Shown one piece after another: positions 8,278-17,042 of a stretch of 64,000 nt of DNA. How positions within the stretch are numbered: position 1 is the first letter of the stretch; every line of letters starts with the position of its first letter. Source of the DNA: Elusimicrobiota bacterium. Its GTDB lineage: Bacteria; Elusimicrobiota; Elusimicrobia; 2-02-FULL-39-32. A program made the translations under genes and the position numbers. The notes beneath the pieces are model-generated. The model saw only the letters and a list, made by a program, of their open reading frames with translations, was not told the origin of the DNA and ran no database searches. The stretch spans positions 22,451-86,450 of the forward strand of contig JAKFYJ010000021.1 of NCBI GenBank assembly GCA_021730935.1. Direction: 5' to 3'.

Positions 8278-11200
8278 GATAAATCCTTAAACTGGAACTG
8301 GGTTCGATGCACGTCCATTGGGATATGCCTTGTCTTTGTTTATGTCCATGTTGTTTTCTCCGCCATTGAACCCGCAAAGAGCTTCTGGGAACAGCGAAAA
8401 GAATCAGCCCAAAAACTGAGACGAGGGAATGTCCCTCTGCGAGAAGGAAACGTCACGCTTCTCGCAAAGCTACCGGAAGTTGATCTGAATCTTCTGCCGC
8501 AATCGATCCCCATTCCTCAGTCGCTTGGCCGGGAATTTAAAATGGAAGAACATAAAATTTCCGTTCCAAATCTCCCCATAACTTCAAAATATTCCATTAT
8601 ACCCTCCTGGGTTCAATCCTTGTCGGGGAAAAATGTTTCCATCAAAGACCTTTACCTTCCGCCATCCTGGAAACCCGGAGATTTTATGGTTGTGCACATC
8701 CAGGACGCGCACGGCAATGTTGAAGCCCAAAAAAACATCGCCAAAGCTATTGAGTTTTTGTCTCAGGGGCAAAATAAAACCCCCTCTCCCAATCTGGGAG
8801 AGGGCCAGGGTGAGGATCCTCATCTGATTGTGGGCATTGAAGGCGCCAGAGGAGCCTTCAACTTCGCGGCCTATCGCGCTTTCTCCGACAACGACATAAC
8901 AAAACAAATTGCCGATTATTTTCTCCAAGGTTCATTCATAACAGGTCCGGAATATGCGGGCATGACGTCTGAACAGCCGCTCGAGTTCTGGGGCGTTGAG
9001 GACGAAAGTCATTACCTCTCCCATGTTCAGGCATATAAGGACTCCGTGGCTTTCCAAAAGGAAGCCCGCGCCATGATCGAATTGCTCATGCAGCAGCTTG
9101 AACAGACCAAAACCAAATCGCTGAACCCCGAGCTCTGCAGGCTCGACAATCAAATCACATTGCACCGCAAAGGCAAAACCGGCCTTGGGGAACATCTTAA
9201 GATGTTGGATCAGATCAATTTCGGCCGGGATTCCGGTCCCGCCATAAAACAATTTCTTAATGCCTATCAAATCGAAGCCTCGCTCGACTTCAAGAAAGTG
9301 GAATCTGAACGCACTTCCCTCACCCGCGCGCTGGCTGAAAACCTGCCTAAACAAGAACTGCAAAATCTCGTCAAGGCCAGTCTTTCGTATCGCCTCGGGA
9401 ATTTGGCCCACGGGGCATTTTATCAGTATATGAAAGACCTTTGCATAGCTTACGGCATCAAGCTTTCCGCCTGGCCGGAAATGGACAAATATATCCGCTA
9501 TGTTCTTCTCTCTGATAAGATCAGCGCCGAACAGCTTCTCGCAGAAGTGGGAGATGTTGAGAAAAAAGAGGTTGAAGGACTGATAAAAACCGATAAAGAG
9601 CGGGAAGTCATCCGGCTCTCCAGATATCTCACTCTGATCGAAAAACTCGTGAACTTTCAGCTTTCTCCCGCAGAATGGAAGGAATATGAAATGTTGGGTC
9701 ATCCGGCGTCTGCCGATTTCGCGAACGTTATAAAATTTATTCAACCCTTCGAACGATTCAACCGCGCCGCCATCGCCCGTAATGATGTCCTTGTCGGCAA
9801 TCTCCTTCAAAAATCCGGAGGGCGGTTGGCCGTTCTGGTCGCAGGGGGGTTCCACACCGACGGCATGATGGGAATCTTAAAAAACAAAAAAATCGCCTAT
9901 GCGGTTCTGACTCCTCGGCTCGGCAAAGCGGAAGGAACGGGCAGCGAGTATCTCGATGTCTTCAAGCGCGATGAGACCCCGATCGAAAAGCTTTTTACGG
10001 GCGAGAGGATCACACTTGCATCTCAATCCCGGATGGCTCCCGGCATGGGTGAAACGATGCCGGACACTTTGACGGTTGAGAGCCAATTCATTGGGTTCCA
10101 AATTCTTCTGAAACTGGCCAAAACATTGAAAGCCGAGGGATATAAAACCCCGTCTGAGCGCAGGGCAGCCGTCGATCAAATAGCTGAAAAGGTTCGGGCT
10201 CAAGTCCTGGGAGAGGACGGGGTAAAATTTTTAACGGTCAGAGATATTGAGACGAGTTCTCAAGATGATCGATCGATTGCGGTCCATTACACCTACGAAC
10301 TTAATGGTGTGAAAAAGCAAAGCACAGTTGACTTTGCGCTCTTGGAGAAAGAGGCTCCGCTCGAAAATGTTTCCGGGATCCCTGCGGATGTTGGACCAAA
10401 TAAAATTCTTATGACTCCCCATATGCCTGCGGTCCGATGGGGAAGTCAGTTAACCACACTGCGGTCCTCAGGCGCGATCGGATTTTTAATGTCTCTTTCT
10501 GTAATGGACATCTTGTCCCCTCATGGCATTGCGATCGGAGCAGGTTTGGGTCTCGGCATGATTTTTTGGCTCTGGCTGTCAGACCTTCTGAGCAGACGCA
10601 AAAATCCCTCAGCAAATCATTTGATTGTTCAACCCGTTGTCCGCGAACCCGGGACCTTGCCCAAAGTTGCCATTGTCATCGTAAATTTTAAAGGGGGAGC
10701 GGATCCCCGGGGGACTGTGCACATCAAAAACCTGCTTGCTTCTCTCGGCGCAATGACTCGTGAGAAGTTCAACTATGAAGTGATCGTGGTGGATAACGAT
10801 TCAACCCCAGACTCTCTCGGCGCGATTCGCGAAGGATTGGCAGATTTTCCCGTCTCTGAGGTTATAGAAAATCCGGCAAATCTTGGAGCTGCGGCGGCAA
10901 GAAACCAGGCGATCAGGAACGCATTGGGCCGCGGCAATGATTACATCATGACCTTTGACAATGATACTTTTATTGAACCGGGTGTCGTCGATCAGATGGT
11001 GGACTTTGCGGAGAAATCGCCTCAGGATGTTTTGGCGATCACGCCGAGAATCTATAATGCAAAGGACAAAGATAAACTTTGGTCTGTGGGCCGGAAATTG
11101 GCCAAATTTCCGTATCTGCGCCTGGACGCGCGGGGCAGCCAAGAGGATAAATTCACAGAGCCCTCCGAAGTTGATTTTCTGACGACAGCGGCCGCCCTTT

Positions 11201-14200
11201 TCAGAGCTTCTGCATTTAAGGAAGATCATGCAGGCCTCTTCAATGAGGATTTTTTCATCTACGAAGAGGACAGCGAATGGTGTGTCAGGGCTCAAAAAGC
11301 CGGAGGGAGGACACTTTTCGTACCGGTCGCGGACAAAGTGTACCACGTCGGGAACCAAAGCTTCAATGGGGGCAGAATATCTTCCGAAAGAAATTATTAC
11401 ATGATCCGGAATCGGCTCCTGTCGATGCGCATCCATGGCCAATTTTTACAGCCGCTCCATCTCCTGAGGCTTTTCAGAGCCTTGGCGATAATGAGTTATA
11501 AAACATTGATTCAAGGGAAAAGTCTCCGGGCTTTCGGAGCATTCCTTCTTGGCATTTGGGATGGAAGCCTTGGCAGAGGCGGGATAGGACGCACTTTTCA
11601 AAATCAAGCGTCCAATCAGAACCCCCGCGCCGCGAAAGTTTCCTGGGGGAAAAGATATGAGAAGGTTCTTTTTCCCTCAAATAATACTGCTTCACAAAAT
11701 GTGCCAAGCCTCCGCGATAAAATTATTCAGCGTATCGCATCCAATGTCCCGCTGCTAATGTCCCTGCCGATTAACTTCATTATGATTGCGATCGTCGGAA
11801 CAAGTGCAACACAGTTGTCCGGATTATTTCTGTCGGAAGGCCACTTTTGGCTTGCGGTCTTTATTTGGGGATATTCCATTTCAATAATTTTACTCATCTG
11901 GATCTGGTCGTTCAGAGTCGTTTATAGCATTTTAGGGTTTTTGATCGAAAAATTCATGCATTTCGATTCCAAGCATTTGGCCTATACCAAACCAAATTTG
12001 CCTCAAAACGCGATTTATCCTTCTCTCACGGCTATCATTCCGGTTTATGATGAGCCCTGGGAAGCGATTTTAACATCTCTCAACTCGGCCATTTCCGCTC
12101 GTGAACATTTTGAACACGCATCAAATATTGTTGTCGCGGATGACTACATCGGTGTTTTGGCCGGGGGAGATGTTGCTGAGTTCGTTCGAAGCGCAAAATC
12201 AAAGGCCATACAAAATGTTCCCCTGAGCGGTGCGGAAACCGAAGTCCTCCGGCGGTTAAACTTTTATGATAGCCACGGCATTGGGGTCATCGCGCAGCCT
12301 GCCCATCAGGCCCATTTTGCTGAAGGAACCTACATTCGCGAAGGGCAATTTCCAAAGGCCCACAATCTCAACGTGCTTCATCAGGCCTCGGATTTGATCG
12401 AGGATTATATGAAAGGGGGAATGACCTATTCCGAAGCTTTGAAACGGTTAATCAAAAATGGACAAGTCCACGGATTCACCACGTTTAAATATGCCTATAT
12501 TTCCGAAGTGCAATCCATTTGCACCGGAGATGTTTTGTTATTCTTAGATAATGATTCCTTTGTCCCTCAAGCGGCGCATTCCCCCACCTTGGCTCAGTTT
12601 GTGTTGGAAGAAAATCTGGCCTACACTCAGAATGAAACCGTCATTCATAACGGGGATCAATCGCTTTTCGCGAGGCTGCTGGCCAGTAACGTGGATGCAA
12701 ATAGATTTCTAAACGGATTCAAAGCGCGATTTGGAATCGTGACCTTTTCTGGGCACAATGGGTACATTCGTAAAAGCGTTCTCAGGCAGGTGGGGTACTG
12801 GCCGGTGGACAGAATTTCCGAAGACCATGTGGTAACATATCGCATCATTAACGAGAGAGACCCCGTTGGTAACCAATATTACGGCAAATTTATTGCTTAT
12901 CCGGGGCTGGAATTTGGAGAATCGGCTCCGGAAGACTTCACCACATTTGCCGGCAGGGAATATAAATTTATCATGGGCGACCTGCAAACGTTCTTAAACC
13001 CAATAGCGAACTGGATGAGAGAGGGGATTTTTTCCAGGGACACGCGTTCTTATCTTTCCTCTCATCTGACTCTAACCCAGAGGCATGATAACCTTTTCAG
13101 GCAATCCCGCCCGCTTTTGTCTATTTTAAATTTTGTGACTCTAATCAATTTTCTTATATTCCCAATCATTGTGCCGGAGTCATTGTTGTCGATAGTTCAA
13201 AACGGGGCGACGATCTCGGTTGTTTCCAATCCGGTGAATTTGCGAATTGTGCCCTACAGCGTATTTACAATCATCTTCTTATCCATCCTGCTAATTGACT
13301 TGATCCCCATTTGCGTTTCTCTTATCAGGACCTCGGTCACCCTTAAAAATGATCTTAAGGAAGAGGAGGAAATATTTTATTGGACCAGAATTATTTTTAC
13401 AGCCCTTATCGCCGATACCTTGATCATGAAAATGATCGTGCACATCGCCACCCTTCCCTGGCAGCTCAAGGGAATCGCGACGCACCTTTTGTCCAGAGAG
13501 ATCAAGATCGGAAGCACCAAAAATCTGACGGGGGATTGGAAAGCCCAAGCCGTCAAGATCTTGCGCGCCAACAAACTCAATATTCCTTTTTCAATTTTCA
13601 TCGGCATCTTGTTCACCTTGTGGCTGCGACATGTTTTTCCGCTGATTCAAACAACAAATCTCCTGACCCGCGTCATCTTATTCGTTTTCATTTTTGAACA
13701 TTCCATCCGGGTCGTGGGGCCCCTCCTTGGCCCATTTGTGTTAAATCCCTCCTCAGGTAAAAAAGCCATCCATCTTATGAATGATGTTAAAGAATTTTCA
13801 AGAAACAAATTTAACCTTGAAGCTCGTCCCAGGCGCCTTTCCCTTTATTTTATCGGGACGGCCGCCGTGGCGGGAGGCATCCTTCTTCGGTTCTGGAATC
13901 TCAATTATTTGGGACCATGGATGGACGAAGCCATGTACATACTCGCTGGCAAAAACATGGGCAACCCTGCGCTCAATTATGGCTGGATCAGCGGATGGAA
14001 ATATCTTTATCCCGCAGTCACTTACTTTGGATACGATCTGGCCGGTTCCGTGGTCGGGTCCAGAATTGTCAATGGGCTCCTCGGGTTGGGGACGGCGTTT
14101 TTCGCTTTCCTGTTTTCCAGGAAAGTGATTTCTGAAATTTTTAGCGCGGACAATGCTAAGACGAACGATGCGAGAGCCCTGGCGAGCTTGGTGGTTCTTA

Positions 14201-16935
14201 TGGCCTCGGGGCCCTTGATGATCATCAGCCGTTTGGCAACGTATGACGGTTTGGCCTTTTTCTTTTTTGCGGTTTCCGTTTATCTGATCCAGAATAATTC
14301 AAAATCTAAAAACCCTTCGGCTTTTTTATTTTTAGGTGCCATCGCATTTGTGCTGGCCTTTCTTTCAAAATATTTTCTGGTCATTTTTACGCCCTTCATC
14401 TTAACCTATGCCCTCATTCAGACGAAAGACAGAACTCGGTGGACAAAATATTTCCTGCTTCCTTTTCTCTTCCCCTTGGCTGTCTTTTTTGCCTTCTTTG
14501 GGAATGACTTTGCCGCGGGACTGCAATATGCCGCCAAACAAAATAAGTTGCAGTCTTGGGGCGTCTGGGGGATCACAAGGGAAACGGCCATCAACGGCGG
14601 AGTCCCATTTCTGCTTTCCATTCTGGGATTATTGCGGGTGCCAAAAGAGAAAAGAATGCTGGCTTTTTGGCCCATCGGAGGGGCCATGCTGGTATATGTC
14701 TATCACGTGCTCGATCTTCATGTTCAGGGCCTTCCCAAAGTCCTCAGTGGCTCAGTGATTCTTTTGGCTCCGCTGGCCGGCGTTGGGCTTATAAAACTGA
14801 TGTCCTTGGCCATTCACCGGCGCAAACAAGTGAACTGGCTCGCGAGGTTGTCGATTTTGGCCATCTTAATTCGCGCTTCCATTTGGACTTTGCCCGGGCA
14901 TCCCATTGCGGGTTCACGGACTGAGTTTTGGCAGGACAACTATACGGTTGCGGAAGTAATTAAATATTATGCGCAGGACGTCCCGGAGCCTTGGATCCAT
15001 TCTTCCCGAGCGCATGAGCTTGCGCTATTACTGCCCTCTCTGGAGTCCTCCATCAATCCGGTGAAAAAAACCGGCGTGGAGAGTAATCCTTATTTTTCGA
15101 GCATGTATGTCACTCCCGAGCCGGAATTTTTTGAGAATATCAAGAACCGGAAGTACGCCATCGTCCATTTATATCCTGAATATTGGAATCCCGCTTGGTC
15201 CGAATATCCAGATTTAGTCAGAAACACTCTGGAATTGCTCAAACAAAATGGCTATGTCCATGCTTATTATGATGACCGGCCGAACATCACCTCTTTCGGA
15301 ACGGAACTTTCCCCGTCGCGTTCCCACATTTATGTCCGGGATGATATTTTTAATAAATCCGGCACCGTTACAAGCAAAGACGGCCATCTTCTTTTCCCCG
15401 GGAAATCTCCGGGCGCCATGGGCATGTGGCAGAAATTTGGAATAAATAATCTCGTAAAAATCGCGCACCTTGAAAATATCATCCTCGGAATCTTGGCCAT
15501 GGGCGCAACCGTATTTCTTATTCACCTGGGTCTCATGCCTCAAGCTCCGCCCGCAAATTTCGCAGATGCTGGCCTTCTTCTTTTTAAAATCTTTTCAGTT
15601 TCAGGATTCCTTTACATTTTTCTTCGTCACCTCCTTCTCAAAGCGCATTATTATTTGGGCGTCGCTCAACCGATCGGCCCGCCCGTCATGCGCGATTGGG
15701 AGGAGGCCGTGCAATCCACAAGAACAGCGTCCTTGAGTCTCGTCTCCGTTCCCTTCATTGTCGCGGGAATGATTTTTATGTCTTGGGCAGGCCCTCTCGC
15801 GATCCTCACCGGTATTGCGCTCTCCGGCATGGGTGTCTCTTTGGGAGGCCGCTTGCATGCGCGAAGAAATGACCTTGCCCAATCCTGGGCTATGCCGCGG
15901 AGTCTTATTGAAATCCGAATGGAACGCGCTTTCAGTGAAATAAAAAAATTCCAAATTGATGATCACAACGCTCAAGTCAGGCATGCTCTGAAACTGGTCG
16001 CACTCTGGAGACTGTTCAATGGGGAAGCTCTGGACCAAACTTTGAGCGCGGACCGCATCGATCAGACGGAACTCGAAAGAGTAATCAGATTTCATTCCAC
16101 CAGAGAAATGGCTTCCATCGCGGGTCACATGGACGCCGTGGCGAAAGGCGTTTCTGCATGGGACTTCTTCTATCATGGAGGCATGCAAGAGGACTTGAGC
16201 GCGGATGCTTTAATTTTCGAAGAAGCCATTAACGCTTATCAAATCATGCGGTATCATGCGCGGCCGGGTCTGCGATTGAGTGAAACACAAATCGCAAGTG
16301 CAAAAGATATTTGGGAACTTGGACGTATTTCAGCTTCCGCGCTCAAAACCTGTGAAGTTATCGATGTTTTAAACAGCGAAAAATTAAAGCGAACGGACGC
16401 CTATGCTTCAGAAAATCAAGTTCTGCTTCATAAAGTGCACCGCCTCTCAAATCAGGAGATTTCTATATTGGTCCGCAGCATCAAAAGGGAAAATGCTTCC
16501 GGCAATCTCAATCAGGTCACTTTTTTGCTGGATGCGGGAACGCGAAACATATCCCGAAGCGAGCTAAAACAGCTTCTCGGGAAATATGGCGTTACGGAAA
16601 ATATGTTTGACGGTGCCTTCAGAGGCGACTTCAAGAGCCACATGATTACAGAGGAAGAAATAGCCCAGCGCCAGAATGTGGACCCTTCCATCAAGCGCGA
16701 CACGGAGATGATTTATGAAATCGCCGCAGGAAAAGCCGGCGTTTTGGCTGGCCGCCCCATCCGAGGCAAAATATCCCTGGACATTTATACCGATGAAATG
16801 ATTTACAGCGAAAGCTGGGGAGAAAAATTATCCATCAGAATTCTGTTCATCGTCTCGCAAACCCAGGTCGTTGTTATGAGTCAATGCATCGATCAAGCCC
16901 TCCGCGAAGACGCTCTCGTTGCTTTGCAGCAATAA
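8275..16935 (+). CDS. Giant 2886-aa multidomain membrane protein: putative TIKI/EreA/ChaN-like domain + GT2 + processive-type GT2 + GT-C (PMT/ArnT-like) + unknown C-terminal domain
   Basis: Uninterrupted ORF. HIQDAH/GIEG/RN/GGFH (aa 139-527); KVAIVIVNF..VVDNDS..FDND..FFIYEEDSEWC (aa ~797-1100); IIPVYDE..VADD..KAHNLN..LDND..SGHNG..ISED (aa ~1250-1570); LRFWNL..WMDEAMY plus many TM helices (aa ~1870-2350). Confidence 0.85.
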   Translation: MDKSLNWNWVRCTSIGICLVFVYVHVVFSAIEPAKSFWEQRKESAQKLRRGNVPLREGNVTLLAKLPEVDLNLLPQSIPIPQSLGREFKMEEHKISVPNLPITSKYSIIPSWVQSLSGKNVSIKDLYLPPSWKPGDFMVVHIQDAHGNVEAQKNIAKAIEFLSQGQNKTPSPNLGEGQGEDPHLIVGIEGARGAFNFAAYRAFSDNDITKQIADYFLQGSFITGPEYAGMTSEQPLEFWGVEDESHYLSHVQAYKDSVAFQKEARAMIELLMQQLEQTKTKSLNPELCRLDNQITLHRKGKTGLGEHLKMLDQINFGRDSGPAIKQFLNAYQIEASLDFKKVESERTSLTRALAENLPKQELQNLVKASLSYRLGNLAHGAFYQYMKDLCIAYGIKLSAWPEMDKYIRYVLLSDKISAEQLLAEVGDVEKKEVEGLIKTDKEREVIRLSRYLTLIEKLVNFQLSPAEWKEYEMLGHPASADFANVIKFIQPFERFNRAAIARNDVLVGNLLQKSGGRLAVLVAGGFHTDGMMGILKNKKIAYAVLTPRLGKAEGTGSEYLDVFKRDETPIEKLFTGERITLASQSRMAPGMGETMPDTLTVESQFIGFQILLKLAKTLKAEGYKTPSERRAAVDQIAEKVRAQVLGEDGVKFLTVRDIETSSQDDRSIAVHYTYELNGVKKQSTVDFALLEKEAPLENVSGIPADVGPNKILMTPHMPAVRWGSQLTTLRSSGAIGFLMSLSVMDILSPHGIAIGAGLGLGMIFWLWLSDLLSRRKNPSANHLIVQPVVREPGTLPKVAIVIVNFKGGADPRGTVHIKNLLASLGAMTREKFNYEVIVVDNDSTPDSLGAIREGLADFPVSEVIENPANLGAAAARNQAIRNALGRGNDYIMTFDNDTFIEPGVVDQMVDFAEKSPQDVLAITPRIYNAKDKDKLWSVGRKLAKFPYLRLDARGSQEDKFTEPSEVDFLTTAAALFRASAFKEDHAGLFNEDFFIYEEDSEWCVRAQKAGGRTLFVPVADKVYHVGNQSFNGGRISSERNYYMIRNRLLSMRIHGQFLQPLHLLRLFRALAIMSYKTLIQGKSLRAFGAFLLGIWDGSLGRGGIGRTFQNQASNQNPRAAKVSWGKRYEKVLFPSNNTASQNVPSLRDKIIQRIASNVPLLMSLPINFIMIAIVGTSATQLSGLFLSEGHFWLAVFIWGYSISIILLIWIWSFRVVYSILGFLIEKFMHFDSKHLAYTKPNLPQNAIYPSLTAIIPVYDEPWEAILTSLNSAISAREHFEHASNIVVADDYIGVLAGGDVAEFVRSAKSKAIQNVPLSGAETEVLRRLNFYDSHGIGVIAQPAHQAHFAEGTYIREGQFPKAHNLNVLHQASDLIEDYMKGGMTYSEALKRLIKNGQVHGFTTFKYAYISEVQSICTGDVLLFLDNDSFVPQAAHSPTLAQFVLEENLAYTQNETVIHNGDQSLFARLLASNVDANRFLNGFKARFGIVTFSGHNGYIRKSVLRQVGYWPVDRISEDHVVTYRIINERDPVGNQYYGKFIAYPGLEFGESAPEDFTTFAGREYKFIMGDLQTFLNPIANWMREGIFSRDTRSYLSSHLTLTQRHDNLFRQSRPLLSILNFVTLINFLIFPIIVPESLLSIVQNGATISVVSNPVNLRIVPYSVFTIIFLSILLIDLIPICVSLIRTSVTLKNDLKEEEEIFYWTRIIFTALIADTLIMKMIVHIATLPWQLKGIATHLLSREIKIGSTKNLTGDWKAQAVKILRANKLNIPFSIFIGILFTLWLRHVFPLIQTTNLLTRVILFVFIFEHSIRVVGPLLGPFVLNPSSGKKAIHLMNDVKEFSRNKFNLEARPRRLSLYFIGTAAVAGGILLRFWNLNYLGPWMDEAMYILAGKNMGNPALNYGWISGWKYLYPAVTYFGYDLAGSVVGSRIVNGLLGLGTAFFAFLFSRKVISEIFSADNAKTNDARALASLVVLMASGPLMIISRLATYDGLAFFFFAVSVYLIQNNSKSKNPSAFLFLGAIAFVLAFLSKYFLVIFTPFILTYALIQTKDRTRWTKYFLLPFLFPLAVFFAFFGNDFAAGLQYAAKQNKLQSWGVWGITRETAINGGVPFLLSILGLLRVPKEKRMLAFWPIGGAMLVYVYHVLDLHVQGLPKVLSGSVILLAPLAGVGLIKLMSLAIHRRKQVNWLARLSILAILIRASIWTLPGHPIAGSRTEFWQDNYTVAEVIKYYAQDVPEPWIHSSRAHELALLLPSLESSINPVKKTGVESNPYFSSMYVTPEPEFFENIKNRKYAIVHLYPEYWNPAWSEYPDLVRNTLELLKQNGYVHAYYDDRPNITSFGTELSPSRSHIYVRDDIFNKSGTVTSKDGHLLFPGKSPGAMGMWQKFGINNLVKIAHLENIILGILAMGATVFLIHLGLMPQAPPANFADAGLLLFKIFSVSGFLYIFLRHLLLKAHYYLGVAQPIGPPVMRDWEEAVQSTRTASLSLVSVPFIVAGMIFMSWAGPLAILTGIALSGMGVSLGGRLHARRNDLAQSWAMPRSLIEIRMERAFSEIKKFQIDDHNAQVRHALKLVALWRLFNGEALDQTLSADRIDQTELERVIRFHSTREMASIAGHMDAVAKGVSAWDFFYHGGMQEDLSADALIFEEAINAYQIMRYHARPGLRLSETQIASAKDIWELGRISASALKTCEVIDVLNSEKLKRTDAYASENQVLLHKVHRLSNQEISILVRSIKRENASGNLNQVTFLLDAGTRNISRSELKQLLGKYGVTENMFDGAFRGDFKSHMITEEEIAQRQNVDPSIKRDTEMIYEIAAGKAGVLAGRPIRGKISLDIYTDEMIYSESWGEKLSIRILFIVSQTQVVVMSQCIDQALREDALVALQQ
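8782..8815 (+). repeat. REP-like palindrome CCCTCTCCCA-atc-TGGGAGAGGG-ccagggtgagg inside the giant CDS
   Basis: Perfect 10-bp stem; encodes PSPNLGEGQGE; resembles a recognisable CCCTCTCCC..GGGAGAGGG..GGGTGAGG repeat type. Confidence 0.6.
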
Positions 16936-17042
16936 AAAAATAACTCACGCCTAAAAACTTTCCTACACACGTTGACATAATTCCCTGATTCCGCGTCCGC
17001 GCTGAACTTTTTATACTGGTCTCCATGAAAGGAGACAAGTTT

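Noticed and set aside
16972-17017. TTGACA (16972) paired with TATACT (17012) as one promoter
   Set aside because: The 34-nt spacing is far from 16-18 nt; only the -10 is plausible.
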